This document shows positions 17,154 through 31,208 of a stretch of 64,000 nucleotides of DNA, in pieces. Source of the DNA: Eledone cirrhosa. Lineage: Eukaryota. The first letter of the stretch is position 1, and each line of letters begins with the position of its first letter. The DNA lies in the NCBI GenBank assembly GCA_964016885.1, contig OZ024741.1:180420001-180484000 (forward strand). Reading direction: 5' to 3'. Under the pieces are notes generated by a model that saw nothing but the letters and a program-made list of their open reading frames with translations, ran no database searches and was not told where the DNA came from. Made by a program: the position numbers and the translations under genes.

Positions 17154-17492
17154 GGGGATTTCTTTCTTCGTTTCTGTGCCTTTCCTTTCTTCTATCCTAC
17201 ACCATTTTGTTTGTGTGTGGGTTGCGTGCTCAGTTTGCGCATGCGCCACATCCGGGTGTCTGTGTGTGTTTGTGTTCATTTTTCTATTTTTCTATTTATA
17301 TATTTTTTTTTTTTAATTTGTTTATTTATTTATTTATTTATTGTTGGTTGGTTGTTTGTTCTATGTGTGTGTGTGTTTTCATTTTGTCTTGTGTGTGTTT
17401 TCATTTTGTGTGTGTTTTCAATTGTAAGTTGTTTGTTCTATGTGTGTGTGTGTTTTCATTTTGTTTTCATTGCACATGCGGTAGGGGCCAGC

Positions 17493-18815
17493 ATAAAATT
17501 AACCCTTAAGGAACATATGTTCAAATTTAATGGTAAAACATATGCCCAAGAGGAAGGAGCAGCCATTGGTGTTAGCATTGCAGGCGACATAGCTAACTTA
17601 TTCATGGTATGGTGGGACAGTAGACTTAAACAAAAACTTAACGAACAATTAGAAGACAGCTTAACCCTGATAATGTACTCCCGCTACGTAGATGATATAA
17701 ACATCGTAGTTAAGACACCCCCACTAAAGAACAGTCAGGAACTAGAGAAAAACACAATGGAAAGCATCCAGCAAATAGCAAACTCCATCCACCAGAGCAT
17801 TAGAGTTACTATAGACTACCCAAGTAGACACCCCAACCATCGATTACCTGTACTAGACACAGAGCTCTGGTTAGATACAATTAACAACCAAAAACAAATC
17901 CTCCATTCCCATTATGCCAAACCCATGACTTCCAAACATCTGATCCACCGAAACTCGGCCATTTCGGACCATACCAAAATCAACATACTGAATGCGGATT
18001 TGGTACGGGTGATGAGAAATGTGTCCCGCATGTGCAACCCCGAAGAACTAGAGAGACACATACAACACTTCATCCACCGTATGCAGTTCTCTGGCTACAA
18101 TCAGAGAGATAGAATCAGAGTGTATAAAGGAGCCAGAACCAAATGGGAAAAAATGGTAAATAATGACATAAATGGGACCTGCCCCTTGTATAGGAGCAAA
18201 TTTTGGAATAGAATAGAAAGAACTAGGAACAAGGCCAATAGAATAAACTCATGGTATGATAGCAATAAATACCAGAGTGTAATGTTCATCAATACAACCC
18301 CTAGAGGCGAACTAGCCTACAAATTTAGAAGGGCCCTAAAGAAACATAATCTCAATATTAAGATAGTAGAAAGACCTGGTACCTCCGTAAAAACACTTAT
18401 TAGCAAGACATACCCGTTCCAAAGACCCTCATGTATAGATAAGAAATGTATAACCTGTAAAATAAGCCCCCATATTAACTGTAAAACTAGAAATGTAGTA
18501 TATAGCATAAGATGTACTGAAGGACAATGTAGAAACAAAAATATAGTGTACATAGGTGAGACAGCTCGTAGTATAGGGGAACGAATAAATGAACACTGGC
18601 GAGACCTCCAAGATAATAAAGAATCATCTGTGCTCTACCAACATGCTAAGATAGAACACAGGGGTAAATTAGAGAGCATAGAAATAAAAATAGAATCCAC
18701 ACACAAGAAAGACGCAATGTTTAGGCAAATTACAGAGGCAGTAAGCATAAAAGAATTAAAACCAAAATTAAATAGAAAATATGAGTGGAACAGCAACATC
18801 ACAACTTACAATTAA
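17493..18815 (+). CDS. PLE protein fragment: RT (C-terminal part), thumb, Cys linker, GIY-YIG endonuclease
   Basis: FKFNGKTYAQEEGAAIG, YSRYVDD, LPVLDTEL, CIDKKCITC, VVYSIRC...YIGETARSIGERINEH, LNRKYEW. Confidence 0.93.
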   Translation: MKLTLKEHMFKFNGKTYAQEEGAAIGVSIAGDIANLFMVWWDSRLKQKLNEQLEDSLTLIMYSRYVDDINIVVKTPPLKNSQELEKNTMESIQQIANSIHQSIRVTIDYPSRHPNHRLPVLDTELWLDTINNQKQILHSHYAKPMTSKHLIHRNSAISDHTKINILNADLVRVMRNVSRMCNPEELERHIQHFIHRMQFSGYNQRDRIRVYKGARTKWEKMVNNDINGTCPLYRSKFWNRIERTRNKANRINSWYDSNKYQSVMFINTTPRGELAYKFRRALKKHNLNIKIVERPGTSVKTLISKTYPFQRPSCIDKKCITCKISPHINCKTRNVVYSIRCTEGQCRNKNIVYIGETARSIGERINEHWRDLQDNKESSVLYQHAKIEHRGKLESIEIKIESTHKKDAMFRQITEAVSIKELKPKLNRKYEWNSNITTYN

Positions 18816-19134
18816 GGACAAAATGAAAACACACACACACATAGAACAAACAACTTACAATTGAAAACACACAAAATGAAAACACACACAAGACAAAATG
18901 AAAACACACACACACATAGAACAAACAACCAACCAACAATAAATAAATAAATAAATAAATAAACAAATAAAAAAAAATTAAAAAAAATATAAATAGAAAA
19001 ATAGAAAAATGAACACAAACACACACAGACACCCGGATGTGGCGCATGCGCAAACTGAGCACGCAACCCACACACAAACAAAATGACGTAGGATAGAAGA
19101 AAGGAAAGGCACAGAAACGAAGAAAGAAATCCCC

Positions 19135-19179
19135 AGTCACTGAAGCGGTCACAGAGTGTGTGACGAAAGAACTATGACT
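19135..19179 (+). ncRNA. Hammerhead fold in right pLTR with core substitution (CTGAAGC)
   Basis: Same fold as 17109-17153 but A9>C. Confidence 0.6.
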
Positions 19180-19411
19180 ATATATATATAAACAACTATC
19201 TGGTTGTGGAACCAACCAACCAACCAGAAATTTATAAATTTGTAAATTTATAAATATATAATAAATTAAATTGAAGTGAAAGCAACTGGTGCGTGTGTTT
19301 CTTATTGGCAACATGACCCTCCCAAAGTATAACAATATCGGTTTCAACACACGATTTCAGATAAAGAATCTTGCTAAACAAATTCAGAAACGAAATATAT
19401 ATATATGTATA

Positions 19412-20460
<1,049 letters not shown>

Positions 20461-21120
20461 TTCTATTGGCACTGTTAGCCTTGAAAGACCATGGGTCTCT
20501 GCTTGGAGAATTTTGTATCAGCTGCTGATGGCCATGCAGCCTTGCTGCGGCTGTACAGACCCACACAGGAGTGGCAGTCTTGTGTGTAGCAACTGCATTT
20601 GAAGATGTTCTTCTCTGGCTAGGCCCATAGCTTTCTTCATGCTCTCATAGATTCCGATAATGTTACCTGTGTCAAATGACAGCTGGATGCTTCCACATAT
20701 TTGTAACCAGTAGTCATTTGTACAACATCTCACAATCTTTTCTGTGTTGTTTCTATCTTATCTCAATGTTTACACTGTTGCCATGGTGGTTGTGTGTTTT
20801 GCTTCAAAAGGTCAACATCATTCCGCATGGTCATATTGGGCTCATTTACACTTTCCTTAAACCAGCCCTGTGTCATTCTTCACTTCTTCCCAAAAGTCTT
20901 CAATGTAGTGCTATGGATGGTGTCCTTGAAAGAGTCCCATCTCTGGTAGGTCTGTAAGGAGGACATTCTCCAGTGACTTGCAGAATGCAACTACTGTTGC
21001 TGACTGCTGGGTTGTCATAGCATTTATATGCTGCTTGCTTGGAGACTTGCTTATAACGCCCCCGTTCCTTGCCATCCTGAACCTTACAGACTTTAGCACA
21101 CCTCAAGTTCCTAAACTTCA
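20461..21120 (-). mobile_element. Degraded, internally deleted RTE-BovB-like element
   Basis: [22 protein letters not shown] joined to a C-terminal C..C/CHS.VGLYS remnant and a ccatggtctttcaag 3' end. Confidence 0.65.
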
Positions 21121-21173
21121 TTTCCATCACTACCAATGATTGTAATAATCTTTTGTGATTTCTTCTTTTATAG

Positions 21174-21274
21174 GCTGAAGAGTACATAAGTACTACTGGG
21201 TTTGATGTTGTCTGGAAACGAATGAAGTGTAGTCAAAAATTGGGCAAAGATATCGAAGAATATTTGAAATCACT
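21174..21274 (+). CDS. PSTPIP1: Host gene internal exon (101 bp), PSTPIP1/2-like F-BAR protein, FCH region: AEEYISTTGFDVVWKRMKCSQKLGKDIEEYLKS
   Basis: Acceptor tttcttcttttatag, donor gtgagt. Translation resembles the FCH motif [24 protein letters not shown] of PSTPIP1 (recalled). Splices in frame to the next three exons. Symbol is family-level, orthology untested. Confidence 0.85.
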
Positions 21275-21959
21275 GTGAGTTAATTAGCTAATTAAGCTTT
21301 TATTTATTATACATCTAATCAGAAAAAACACTGCCTATGATTTTCAAATCATTTAGAAATTAATAAAAAAATTTGCAGGAATTTTGTAATATAATTAACT
21401 TTTCATTATTTATCTGATATTTGGAGTTTAACTTAAATAATTTTACATAAAATTATGATAAAAGGTTTTTGATAAATATGAACATTTTAACCCTTTTGTT
21501 ACCATATTTCTAATGTAAAACATTGCCTATGATTTTCAGATCATTTTGAAAGTAATCAAAATTTGGAGGGATTTTGTAGTATAACTAGTATAACTGTCAT
21601 CATATAAATATATAATATTTATAAATATTATTATATAAATACAGTCCGAATAATGCACTGGGGTCAATTTAATCAACTTTCCGTCCACTAAAATGTTTGG
21701 CCTTGTGCCTAAATGAGAAACCATTATTATTATATGAAACTTCTTTAAATTCTGCTTCTTTCCCATATCTAGCTGAGTGTCAACTTGACACCTGATGGAA
21801 TATTTGATAACACACACATTTAACACTCAATTGGCATATGGATGATACTATAAGGGCATGAACAAAATAGTAAATGTCTTTACAAGATATTTAAATTAAT
21901 AATGCTCTTCTCAGAACATTAAGAGAGCACTATTTACTGTATCTCTTGCAGAGATGGCT

Positions 21960-24800
21960 TTCCAGGAATCTGGTCCAAATATCTTTTTGTTCCTGCTTTT
22001 ATTATCCCAAGTGCCCTGACTATCACTGGTATTGAACAGGCTTTAAGATGCCACATTTTCTTGCACACAACTTCTGATCCCTCATGTGCCCAGTTTCTCT
22101 CTCAGTTCAGTTACGCTTTGCCATTCATGTATATTACTATTACACATCCAATGGAACATGGAGATTTCATTTCTTCCAATCTTCACAGGTTCTCTGCACA
22201 CAGCACCAAAGTCTCACTACCATACAACATTGCTGTTCATATACATGCATTATACAATCGGTCCTTCATTTTGAGGGAAAAAAAACTTTTGTAGCTAACA
22301 ATGGTAATAGTTCCCTGAATGTTCTCCATCCTATTCTTACTCTGGCTACTGTACTTTTAGTACATCCACCTCTGCTGATGATTTGGTCACCCAGGTAAAA
22401 GAAACTGTCAACTATTTCTACAGAGCCCTCTGGGCATTTGAAGGAGCTGGTATCCCTGGGTCTCTTGCTACTTACTGTACCTGTGCAAAGGCCACATATA
22501 AAACCTATGTGCTTTGATAGCCTACCTGTGATCCCACTACCTCTCTTATATACCCATAGTTAGTATTTGGGGCATAGGATAGAATTTCTATCTACTCTTT
22601 TCTGCACACAGAACAATGCTATTTCCCTGAGAGAATCCAGACACTGTTTTCCTTTGTGCATACTAGGACTTTAGTCTTTGACAATTTGACTTTAAAACCT
22701 TTTGATTCTAGGTCATGCTTCCAGGCTTGGATTGGAATTTCTTCTCTAATACTGCCATAGTTTCAGCTATAACGGTTAGATCATCTGCATACAGAAGTTC
22801 CCATAGGCAACCAGTCTTAAACATGTCTGTTATAGTCTGCAGGATGATAATAAACAGGGAAGAACTAAGGATGGACATCTACCTGGACACTAAATTCTTC
22901 ACTATAGTCATTGTCAATTCTAACCTTGCTGACTGTTCCTCTATACATGGCTTGTACTGCTTTCACAAGCCATTCGTCTACTCTTAGTTTTCTAAGAGCC
23001 CACCAGATAATGGAACAGGGCACATTGTCAAAAGATTCTCCAGGTCAACAAAAGCCAAGTAGAAGGCTTTACTTTTAGCTAGATACTTCTCTTGCAGGTG
23101 CCTCACCAGGAAGAGAGCATCTGTGGTACTTTTACCCGTCACAAATCCAAACTGAATTTTATTTAGGTTAATTAGGTTCCTAATCAGCTGTGCTATATTT
23201 CTTTCTGTGACCTTCCTGACTTGGTCAACCAATTTGATGCTTCTATAATTTTCTCTGTCTAGAGCATCCCCTTTATCCTTGTAGCAGTTGATTATGCTAT
23301 TGCTATGCCAATCATTGGGTATGGCTCCATTTTGTATTACTTGGTTTATAATACGGGTGGCCATAGTGTGACCTACCATCCCAGACGCTTTCAGCATCTT
23401 AGCAACTATCCGCAGAGGTCTAACTACTTTGTCTGTCTTCATATCCTTGATTGCCTTATTTACTACACTACTACTAACTTGCACAGCCAGTCCCTCTGTT
23501 GGGTTAACTTGAGGCAAACTATCTTCTTCCCATGCATTCTCATTTAGTAGTCTTTCATAGTGGTACTTCCATGCTACCTTTTTTTCAGCATCAGTGAGGG
23601 CAAGTACTCCATTATCATCATGGACACACTTCTTCCCATCAGTATCACAATTTTCCCTAACACACTGCCTCACAATCCTAAACACCACACCTTTAGTCCT
23701 TGTGTTGCAGAGTATGCTTACATTTTTTATTTTCTGCTTCCCTTCTGGCAAAGTATACTTGTCACCTAGCTTCTCTCCTAACCTCATGGTAGTGTTCTCT
23801 ACTTACCCCATCCTGCCATTCATTCCATGCCTGTCTTTTGGCCTTAATTGTCTCCTCCACCCTACTAATCCACCACAAAGTCACTTTCCTTCTCCCTAGA
23901 GACCAGCTCGAACCACAGATTTCATTTGAAGCCTTCAGTAGGTAATCTTTCAGGAATTCACACTGCTTCTCTATTTGCTCTTCTTTACTGTCAAAAGCAT
24001 CAAGCAATATACCTCTAATTTTGTTACTGGCAGCAGGGTCCTTTAACTTCCATATTCTCCTTCAGGTTGTCCTCTGTTGTTGAGTTCTTCTAGCCCTAAC
24101 TATAAGGTCATTAAATACTAGGTTATATATTGGAAGGTGCATTCTTCACCAGGGAGGGACTTTGTATTTACAACCGTCACTCTGTCTTGTCTTCTGGTAA
24201 GGATTAAATCTATCTGGCTGGTATGCTCCCTGATCTATAGGTGATCAAATGATTGTCTCATTTTTTGAAGTTCATGTTACAGATAGATAGATCATTGACA
24301 TCGCAGAATTCCAGGAGCCTGAAACCATCCTCATTTCTAGCACCAAACCCATAACTCCCCTGGATCCCACTGACACCATCACAGTGTTGCCCTACATGCC
24401 CATTAAAGTTGCCTGCAATGATTATGAAGTTATCGTTGTTTATTTGGAATGTAGTGTGCATTAGGGATTCATAGACCCTGTCTTTTTGTATGTACGGCAG
24501 CCCAAATTGGTGTGCATATGCAGATATAATTGACATCATTGTTCTATTTAGTACTAGTCTCATTTTAATGATTCTGTCGTGCACTACTCTATTTACAGCA
24601 AATACCTTATCTATCCATTTTCTGCTAACATAATCCCTACTCCACCCATCGTTTTTTGCCCACAAGGAATCTAGTTAACATTTTCCTCCATCTAGTCTCT
24701 TGTACACAACACGCATCAACTTTCTTTCATTCAAGCATCTCTACAATCTCTCCTGATCTTCCTTTCATCGTGTCTACAATGATGGTGGCAACTCTGAAGT
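21960..24800 (-). pseudogene. Old, degraded near-full-length RTE copy
   Basis: ORF pieces 24258-24665 (EN) and 22984-23787 (RT N-terminal) with many stops and frameshifts. Confidence 0.9.
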
Positions 24801-25411
24801 TATGGAGTTCACCGGAAGGGTGAGAGATTAATTGGTGTTGGTTTTGGTTTTCCATGTCTGAAATAAAGAGGAGCGTTTGCATGGTCATCCATAGACGGAA
24901 GGTGGGTTCATATTCAACTCTAGGAATGCTCCAACTCTTCAAATCTCTAGTCCATTTGCCAAACAAAACAACAATCCAGCACATAACAATGGTTAGTAGT
25001 ATTAGTAGCAGAAGAACTAGTAGTTATTGTGATAGAAATTTAGTTGCAGTGCTGATTTTTTATTGGTCTAAATGGCTATGGTTGTGTGTGGGAGGGAAAA
25101 TGGGGGATGAGGTCTAATTGGGGAATATAAGAGTGGAGAAAATATTTTGAAGACCGAGGGGAAAAAAAATAGGAAAGACAGAAGGGAAAATATTTTTCAA
25201 GTTTTGATTAAAGACAGAGGCAAAATAAGGACAGGACTAGAGAGCCTTAAAACAAACAGAGTTAGGAGACCTGAAAGAATAAGGTGGATTAATGAATAAA
25301 CAGGCAATTGGGAGGAAGACAAGCAATTTTACATTACTTCCAGCTTTTCAAAACAGCAATGGTAGAATCTGAGGAAATAGGGATTTCTCTCTCTCTCTTA
25401 TATATATATAT

Positions 25412-25804
25412 ATCATCATCATCATCGTTTTACGTCCGTTCTTCCTCGTTAGCATGGGTTAGACGGGTTGTCCTGTTGTGGGCAGTGTCCGGTTGGCTGA
25501 CCTTGTCTTGCTCATACGGGAACTGATTCTGGCTTGATTTCTACAGCTGGATGCCCTTCCTAACACCAACTTCATTTACAGTGAGTGGTGGGTGCTTTTT
25601 TGCCGTGAGACCTCCATGACCACTTTGCAGTGGAATGATAGGGACCCCAGTCCTATCATCTCATTTCTACAGCTGAGTAAACTGGAGCAATGTGAAATAA
25701 AGTGTCTTGCTCAAGGAAACAACATATCACCCGGTTTGAGAATTGAACTCACAACCTTTCGATTGCAAGCCCAATGCTCTAACTACTAAGCCATTCGCCT
25801 TCAC
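25412..25804 (-). mobile_element. tRNA/CORE SINE carrying the RTE-B 3' UTR and (GAT)n tail
   Basis: Head tggcttagtagttagagc...gttcaattctc, CORE-like ccttgagcaagacacttt, 3' ~250 bp matching 7345-7610. Confidence 0.9.
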
Positions 25805-25834
25805 CTATATAGTATATATATATATATATGTATG

Positions 25835-25868
<34 letters not shown>

Positions 25869-25873
25869 TGTAT

Positions 25874-26296
25874 GTTCTTCTGGTTTTATAATTTCACAAA
25901 GTTTTACCAATAGAGAGAGAGTCGGTTTCTAACATAGACACAAGACTCTCTCATTGGAATTTACACAACATCAACTAGGTAGATATGTATGCATGCATGT
26001 GTAGATATGGATGTTATTGTATGTGTGGATGTGTATGTTTTGAGTTGTATGTGTGCATGTGTATATGCTTTGTATCTGTACATGTGTATATGCAGTTATT
26101 AGATGCAAAATTTTTGGAATGTTTTACATATTTTTACTGTTCCATTAATGGATTGTACTTGTAATTTCCTAACTAGTTGTGTTCTTTCTGTTCCTGTGAA
26201 GCCTAGCTTCTCAAGATTTGTATTGAGGCAGTTACTAACATATCCCAGTGCCCCAATAATCACAGGCATAAATCTGAAGGTGTAATCAGGGTGGAT
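25874..26296 (-). mobile_element. 3' fragment of an RLE-type (R4/Dong-like) non-LTR element
   Basis: FMPVIIGALG...LQVQSINGTVKICKTF*; 3' UTR hairpin ccaat.gagagagtc/gactctctcattgg; flanked by (TATG)n. Confidence 0.75.
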
Positions 26297-26314
26297 ATGT
26301 ATGTATGTATGTAT

Positions 26315-26775
26315 GTTAGTCTTAGATTCTTCCACACTCTTCGGCGCATCGAACACTAAGTAGTCACCAACGATCATGATCAGCGACGGCTTTTTCGCGT
26401 CTGTGCCAAGTGATGTTAACTGCCATCAGGTCCTTTTGGCACATTCATCGCCAGGTGATCCTGGGGCAACACCGCTTTTGTTTGCCACCAGGTGGTGTCT
26501 AGTTCATTGCCGTTTTTGAGTGTCATTCGTTGGACAGGGGCAGAATATGCCAGCCAGGTGGCACTGGTGCTCCGTAACCACCCTCTGCAGCGTCCAAGAC
26601 TTGTCTCACCGCAATATTTCCTTGTTTCACACTCGGTCATGCCAGGACACCAAAAGGATCCTTCGCAGGTACTGCTGATGGAATGCGTTCAGCATCTTTG
26701 CCGTGCTCTTCCAGGTTTTGCTCGCATAAAGCACTGTTGGCAGCACGATGCTCTTGTACAGGCACAGCTTGATCT
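26315..26775 (-). mobile_element. Degraded RTE-clade 3' fragment
   Basis: IKLCLYKSIVLPTVLYASKTW...LNAFHQQYLRRIL.VSWHDRV. Confidence 0.75.
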
Positions 26776-27589
26776 ATACACATATATATGATAGCTGGCC
26801 TATATATATATATAAAGATATGATAGATAAGCAAAGGTTGTGACAGGTCCAAATCTTGCTAGCAGGGAAAATTGACATTAAATGATGATGATGATAATTG
26901 AAACATCTTTAAGAAATAGCTTCTAATCTAGTGCTATGGCAGGAGTAGATTAACTTCATTCACATACTTAAAAAAAAGACACTAGTGAAAACTACTGGAA
27001 ATATGAACAGTGATGGCTGATCAAGATATCTGATATGGATCATACTGTTTTCCGACTGATGAACAGTGATGGTTGATCAAGACATCTAGTCTTGAGATGT
27101 TTGCTTTGTTCACTCAGCAGATCAGATGATGTGCAATGAGACTGATCACTGTCTGATAATTCCGAGATAGACTAGCAGTAATAACAATAAAGTCCTCCTT
27201 CCCTGAGAAAGGCAGTTATTGATTTTAATTAAAGAAATTACTTCTCAATTTTTTCCTTTTTCTCACTGACCTTCTTTTTCTTTTTACATTACTGTATTGT
27301 TGATGATAGTGGTGGGAGTGGAGGCATTGATGGTAGTGAAGAATGGTGTCAATGGTGGTATTGATAGTAATGGTACTTGTAATTGTAGTAGTAGTTTCAA
27401 CCGGAACAGGATTTCATATTTCTTTCAAATACAATACAAAATAATTGTTTCTACTTTTGGCACAAGGCCAGCAATTATCCCAGTGCATTACTGGTACTTT
27501 ATTTTATCGACAAAATAATAGAAATAAACAAGAGGAGATAGTTTTAGAATGTGACACAAGGAAACACTACACACACATACATACACATA

Positions 27590-28700
27590 TACATCATCAT
27601 CATCATCATCATTTAATTTCTATTTTCCATGCTTGCCATGTTATTAGGCCAGACAAGTGAGGTGGCAATGTCTTGCTCAAACATTTCATTTTGGGATTGC
27701 TTTATTCTGGCTGGATGCCCTTCATAACATCAACCACTTCTCAGCACGTTGGAGAATTTTTCATGGCACCACAACTAACACTTTACAGGGTTAATGGGGC
27801 ATTTTTGTCATTACACCAGCATGATCACTTTATACTTTACAGAATGGTTTAGGTACCTTTTAGTCATGGCACCAGCTTGACCACTTTATAGAGTGTATAT
27901 ATGGGCAAGGTTTGTTTGGGGAAGACCAGCAGTTGCCCATGCATACGAGTATCCTCTCTCCATGCCACTGATGTTATCCAATGGCCGATACAGCTTGGCA
28001 CCACTGACGTCACAACTCATTTTTACAGCTAAGTAAACTGGAGCAACATAAAATAATTGTCTTGCGCAAGGACACAACACATCATCCGGCTGAAGAATCA
28101 AAGTCACAACCTCTCAATTGCAAGCCCAACACTCTAACTACTAAGCTATGTGCCTTCACTATCATCATCATCATCGTTTAACATTCATTTTCCACACTAG
28201 CATGGGTAGGACGGGCTGTCCTTTTGTGAGAGATCTGGTTGGAGATCTGTTTTGCTTACGCAGGGCTGATTTTGGCTTGGTTTCTATGGCAGGGTGCCCT
28301 TCCTAACGCCAACCATTTTTACAATGTGTGTTGGGTGCTTTTTGTGATGACACCTACACGACCACTTTACAGCATGGATTGGGCAGTTTTTGTCATGTTG
28401 CCAATACAACCACTTTACAGTGTGGGCTGGAGGCTTTGCTGGATGTTTACTTCAGCTTGTCCCCGTGGGAGATATATGGGAGTGGGTGGGGAGGATGGGA
28501 TGGTTCATGCTATATATATGTTTCAGCTACGGCCTGTACCCGTGCGAATTTGTGTCTTCTGTATTACTGCACAATGCCAGAGATTTCGGTCCTGTGTCAT
28601 GACCTTTGAGAGATGCGATTGGGCATGGTCAGCTTTTATCACCTTGTCCCAGGGTCTCCCCACTCCAAAGCTCCGATCTACTTTGAGCGCTCTGCACCTA
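27590..28700 (-). mobile_element. Cluster: old RTE 3' UTR, CORE-type SINE (~27900-28160) and RTE 3' fragment (28161-28700)
   Basis: (cat)n tails, ggatgcccttcc motif, SINE head, RCRALKVD...GRP coding remnant. Confidence 0.75.
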
Positions 28701-29339
28701 GAGAGAGAGAAAGAGAGTGTTAAAGATCTGACAATTTTAGTGGTTTTGTCACAATAAAATGCACCAAGTACACTCTGTAATATGGTTGACAATTGAATAG
28801 TAGCAATGCAGGTTAGAGAGAACTCTTCTGTCTTGCCAAGTATATGTCAGTCTCTCTAGTGCTGGCGCCAGGACAAATACACCCAATATACCCTGTAAAT
28901 TACTAGAGCTAGTGCCACAATAAAATGCACTCAGTATGTCTCTGTAAAATGAATGGCATTAGGAAGAGTATCCAGCTGTAAAAGCCATGCCAAAATATGG
29001 AATGTATGCGCAAAGCATAGTGTCTGAATCATCTTGTCTTGGACCTTAACAACCTGTCTAACCCATATCAGCATGGAAAGCAGGCATAAAATGGTGATGA
29101 TAATAAGATTGCTGTGTGTATCCACTTTAGAATAGGTACACCATATTCCTGTATGTTGTAAGATGTGACTAAAAGAGTTGGTGCTAGAAAGGACATCTAG
29201 CTATAAAACATTGCTTTGAAAAGGATCCTGTGGTTGGTATGAATCTTGTATGGGGCCCTGAAGTTTAGCCCCTGCTTTAATAAGGGAAAATGGTTTCCAA
29301 TATAGGCACATAGCCAACAATTTGAGGGGAAGGTCAAAC

Positions 29340-30960
29340 ATCATCATTATTGTTTTTATGTCCATCTTTTCATGCTTGCATGAGCTGGATGAGTCCTTTT
29401 CAGCACAACATCTCTCCACTCGCTGCGTTCCTTCATCATCTCCTCTGTGAGTCTCAGCGATTTGAAATCAGCTCTCACCACCTCCACCCAGGTCATCCTT
29501 AGTCTACTTCTACTGTGACTTCATTCTACTGGGATATCCTGGCAACTTCTTTACCTAGCAACCATTGTCCATGCACATCACATGCCAATACCAACACAGT
29601 CTCCTCTCTTGCACACCACTTTGAATTCTTCTTAAGCCCAGTTTCTCCCTTAATTAATCAAAGCTCTACCTTTCTTTTACATTTACATTACACATCCAAT
29701 GAAGCACAGCTGCTTCATTTCTCTTCAGCCTACACATGTCCTCTACAGTCAGTGCTCATGTTTCATTAGCAAGCAGCATGACACTTCACTTTACGATTGT
29801 ACTGCTGTGCTAGTCATTGGGTATGACTTCCCCCCTTTGTTATCATGATAATAATTTCTGATCATAATACTTTACTGGTAGTTATTTTATTAACCCTGAA
29901 TAATGATAATGATTATGATAATCATAATTTTGATGATGATGATAGCTTGGCTAATTATAGTTTGCTCTTTCCTTCAGAGCCAAACTTCATACTTGATGTT
30001 AATAGTGGAGTAGCTCTCTAAACATCTTCCATCCTTTCCTTATTCAAGGTCAACTAGATAGCAATGAGTTATTAACAACTTCTATGGATCCTTCATGTGA
30101 ATGGAAAAGATTTATATCACTGATGTTCTTTTCATTGATTGCCCCTGTGCATCTACATACAAAGACTTCCCTTCCTGTGAGTTTACCTGTTATCCAACTA
30201 CATCTCTTGTGTACCCAAGATTTATGTTGTGTACATTGTTTTGAGTTTATGCCTTCACCTTTACTATATATTGTGCAGGGCCACTTCCCTGAAGGAATCA
30301 GGGTTCTATTTTCTTTCCTATTTACTAGTATGTTAGTTTTTGCTAAGTTTACTCTCAGCTGTTTTGATTCCAAATTTTGTTTCCATAGTTAGAACTTATT
30401 CTCTAGTTCTTTTATGGATCTAACTATAAGGACCAGATCATTTGCATAGGGAAGTTCCAATGGACAGCCAGTCTTAAACTCCTCTGATATGGCTTGGAGA
30501 ACTATAATAAACAGCAATATGGGCTGAGAACCGAACCCTGATGAACTCCTATCTGCACCTTGAATTCCCCCCTCAACTCACTTCCTACTCTCACTTTACT
30601 GATAGTTCCTCTGTACATAGCTTGCAATGCTCTCACAAACCATTCAACACCTAATTTCCTTAAGGACCACTGGATAAGAGAATGAGGTACTCTGTCAAAT
30701 ATCTTTTCTAGATCAACAAAAGCTAAATACAGTGGCTTATTCTTAGCTAGGAACTTCTCTTGTAGTCGTTTCACTAAGAGGGCTTCTATAGTACTTTTCC
30801 CAAGCACAAAACCAAACTGCATCTCATTTAATTTGACTCTTTCCCTAATTAATTGCGGTATAACTCACTTTCATAACTTGGTTCATTAATTTTATTCTTC
30901 TATAGTTGCTACTTTCTAGAACATCACCTTTACCCTTGTAGTAATTTACGATTGTACTGT
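29340..30960 (-). pseudogene. Degraded RTE RT fragment interrupted by a 195-bp local duplication
   Basis: ORFs 30502-30822 (QFGF...FVDLEK) and 30050-30373. Confidence 0.85.
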
Positions 30961-31140
30961 TGTGCTAGTCATTGGGTATGACTTTCCCCCCTTTGTTATC
31001 ATGATAATAATTTCTGATCATAATACTTTACTGGTAGTTATTTTATTAACCCTGAATAATGATAATGATTATGATAATCATAATTTTGATGATGATGATA
31101 GCTTGGCTAATTATAGTTTGCTCTTTCCTTCAGAGCCAAA
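29790..31140 (+). repeat. Direct repeat pair 29790-29984 / 30945-31140 including a host splice acceptor
   Basis: About two differences over 195 bp. Confidence 0.95.
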
Positions 31141-31208
31141 ATAGAAAATGAATACAGCAAAAGTCTGAGTAGACTGAACAAAGGTTCTGAAATAGGGGAG
31201 GAGTTGGG
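31134..31208 (+). CDS. PSTPIP1: Host gene exon (75 bp): (L)AKIENEYSKSLSRLNKGSEIGEEL(G)
   Basis: Acceptor ctctttccttcag, donor gtaagt, phase 2/2. Contains the F-BAR AxxExxY.K.L motif. Confidence 0.85.

Noticed and set aside
17091-17492. Hydrophobic N-terminal part of the 574-aa ORF, resembling a membrane domain fused to RT
   Set aside because: It is the T/G-rich inverted pLTR read through by chance; the mirror ORF occurs at 18799-19350.
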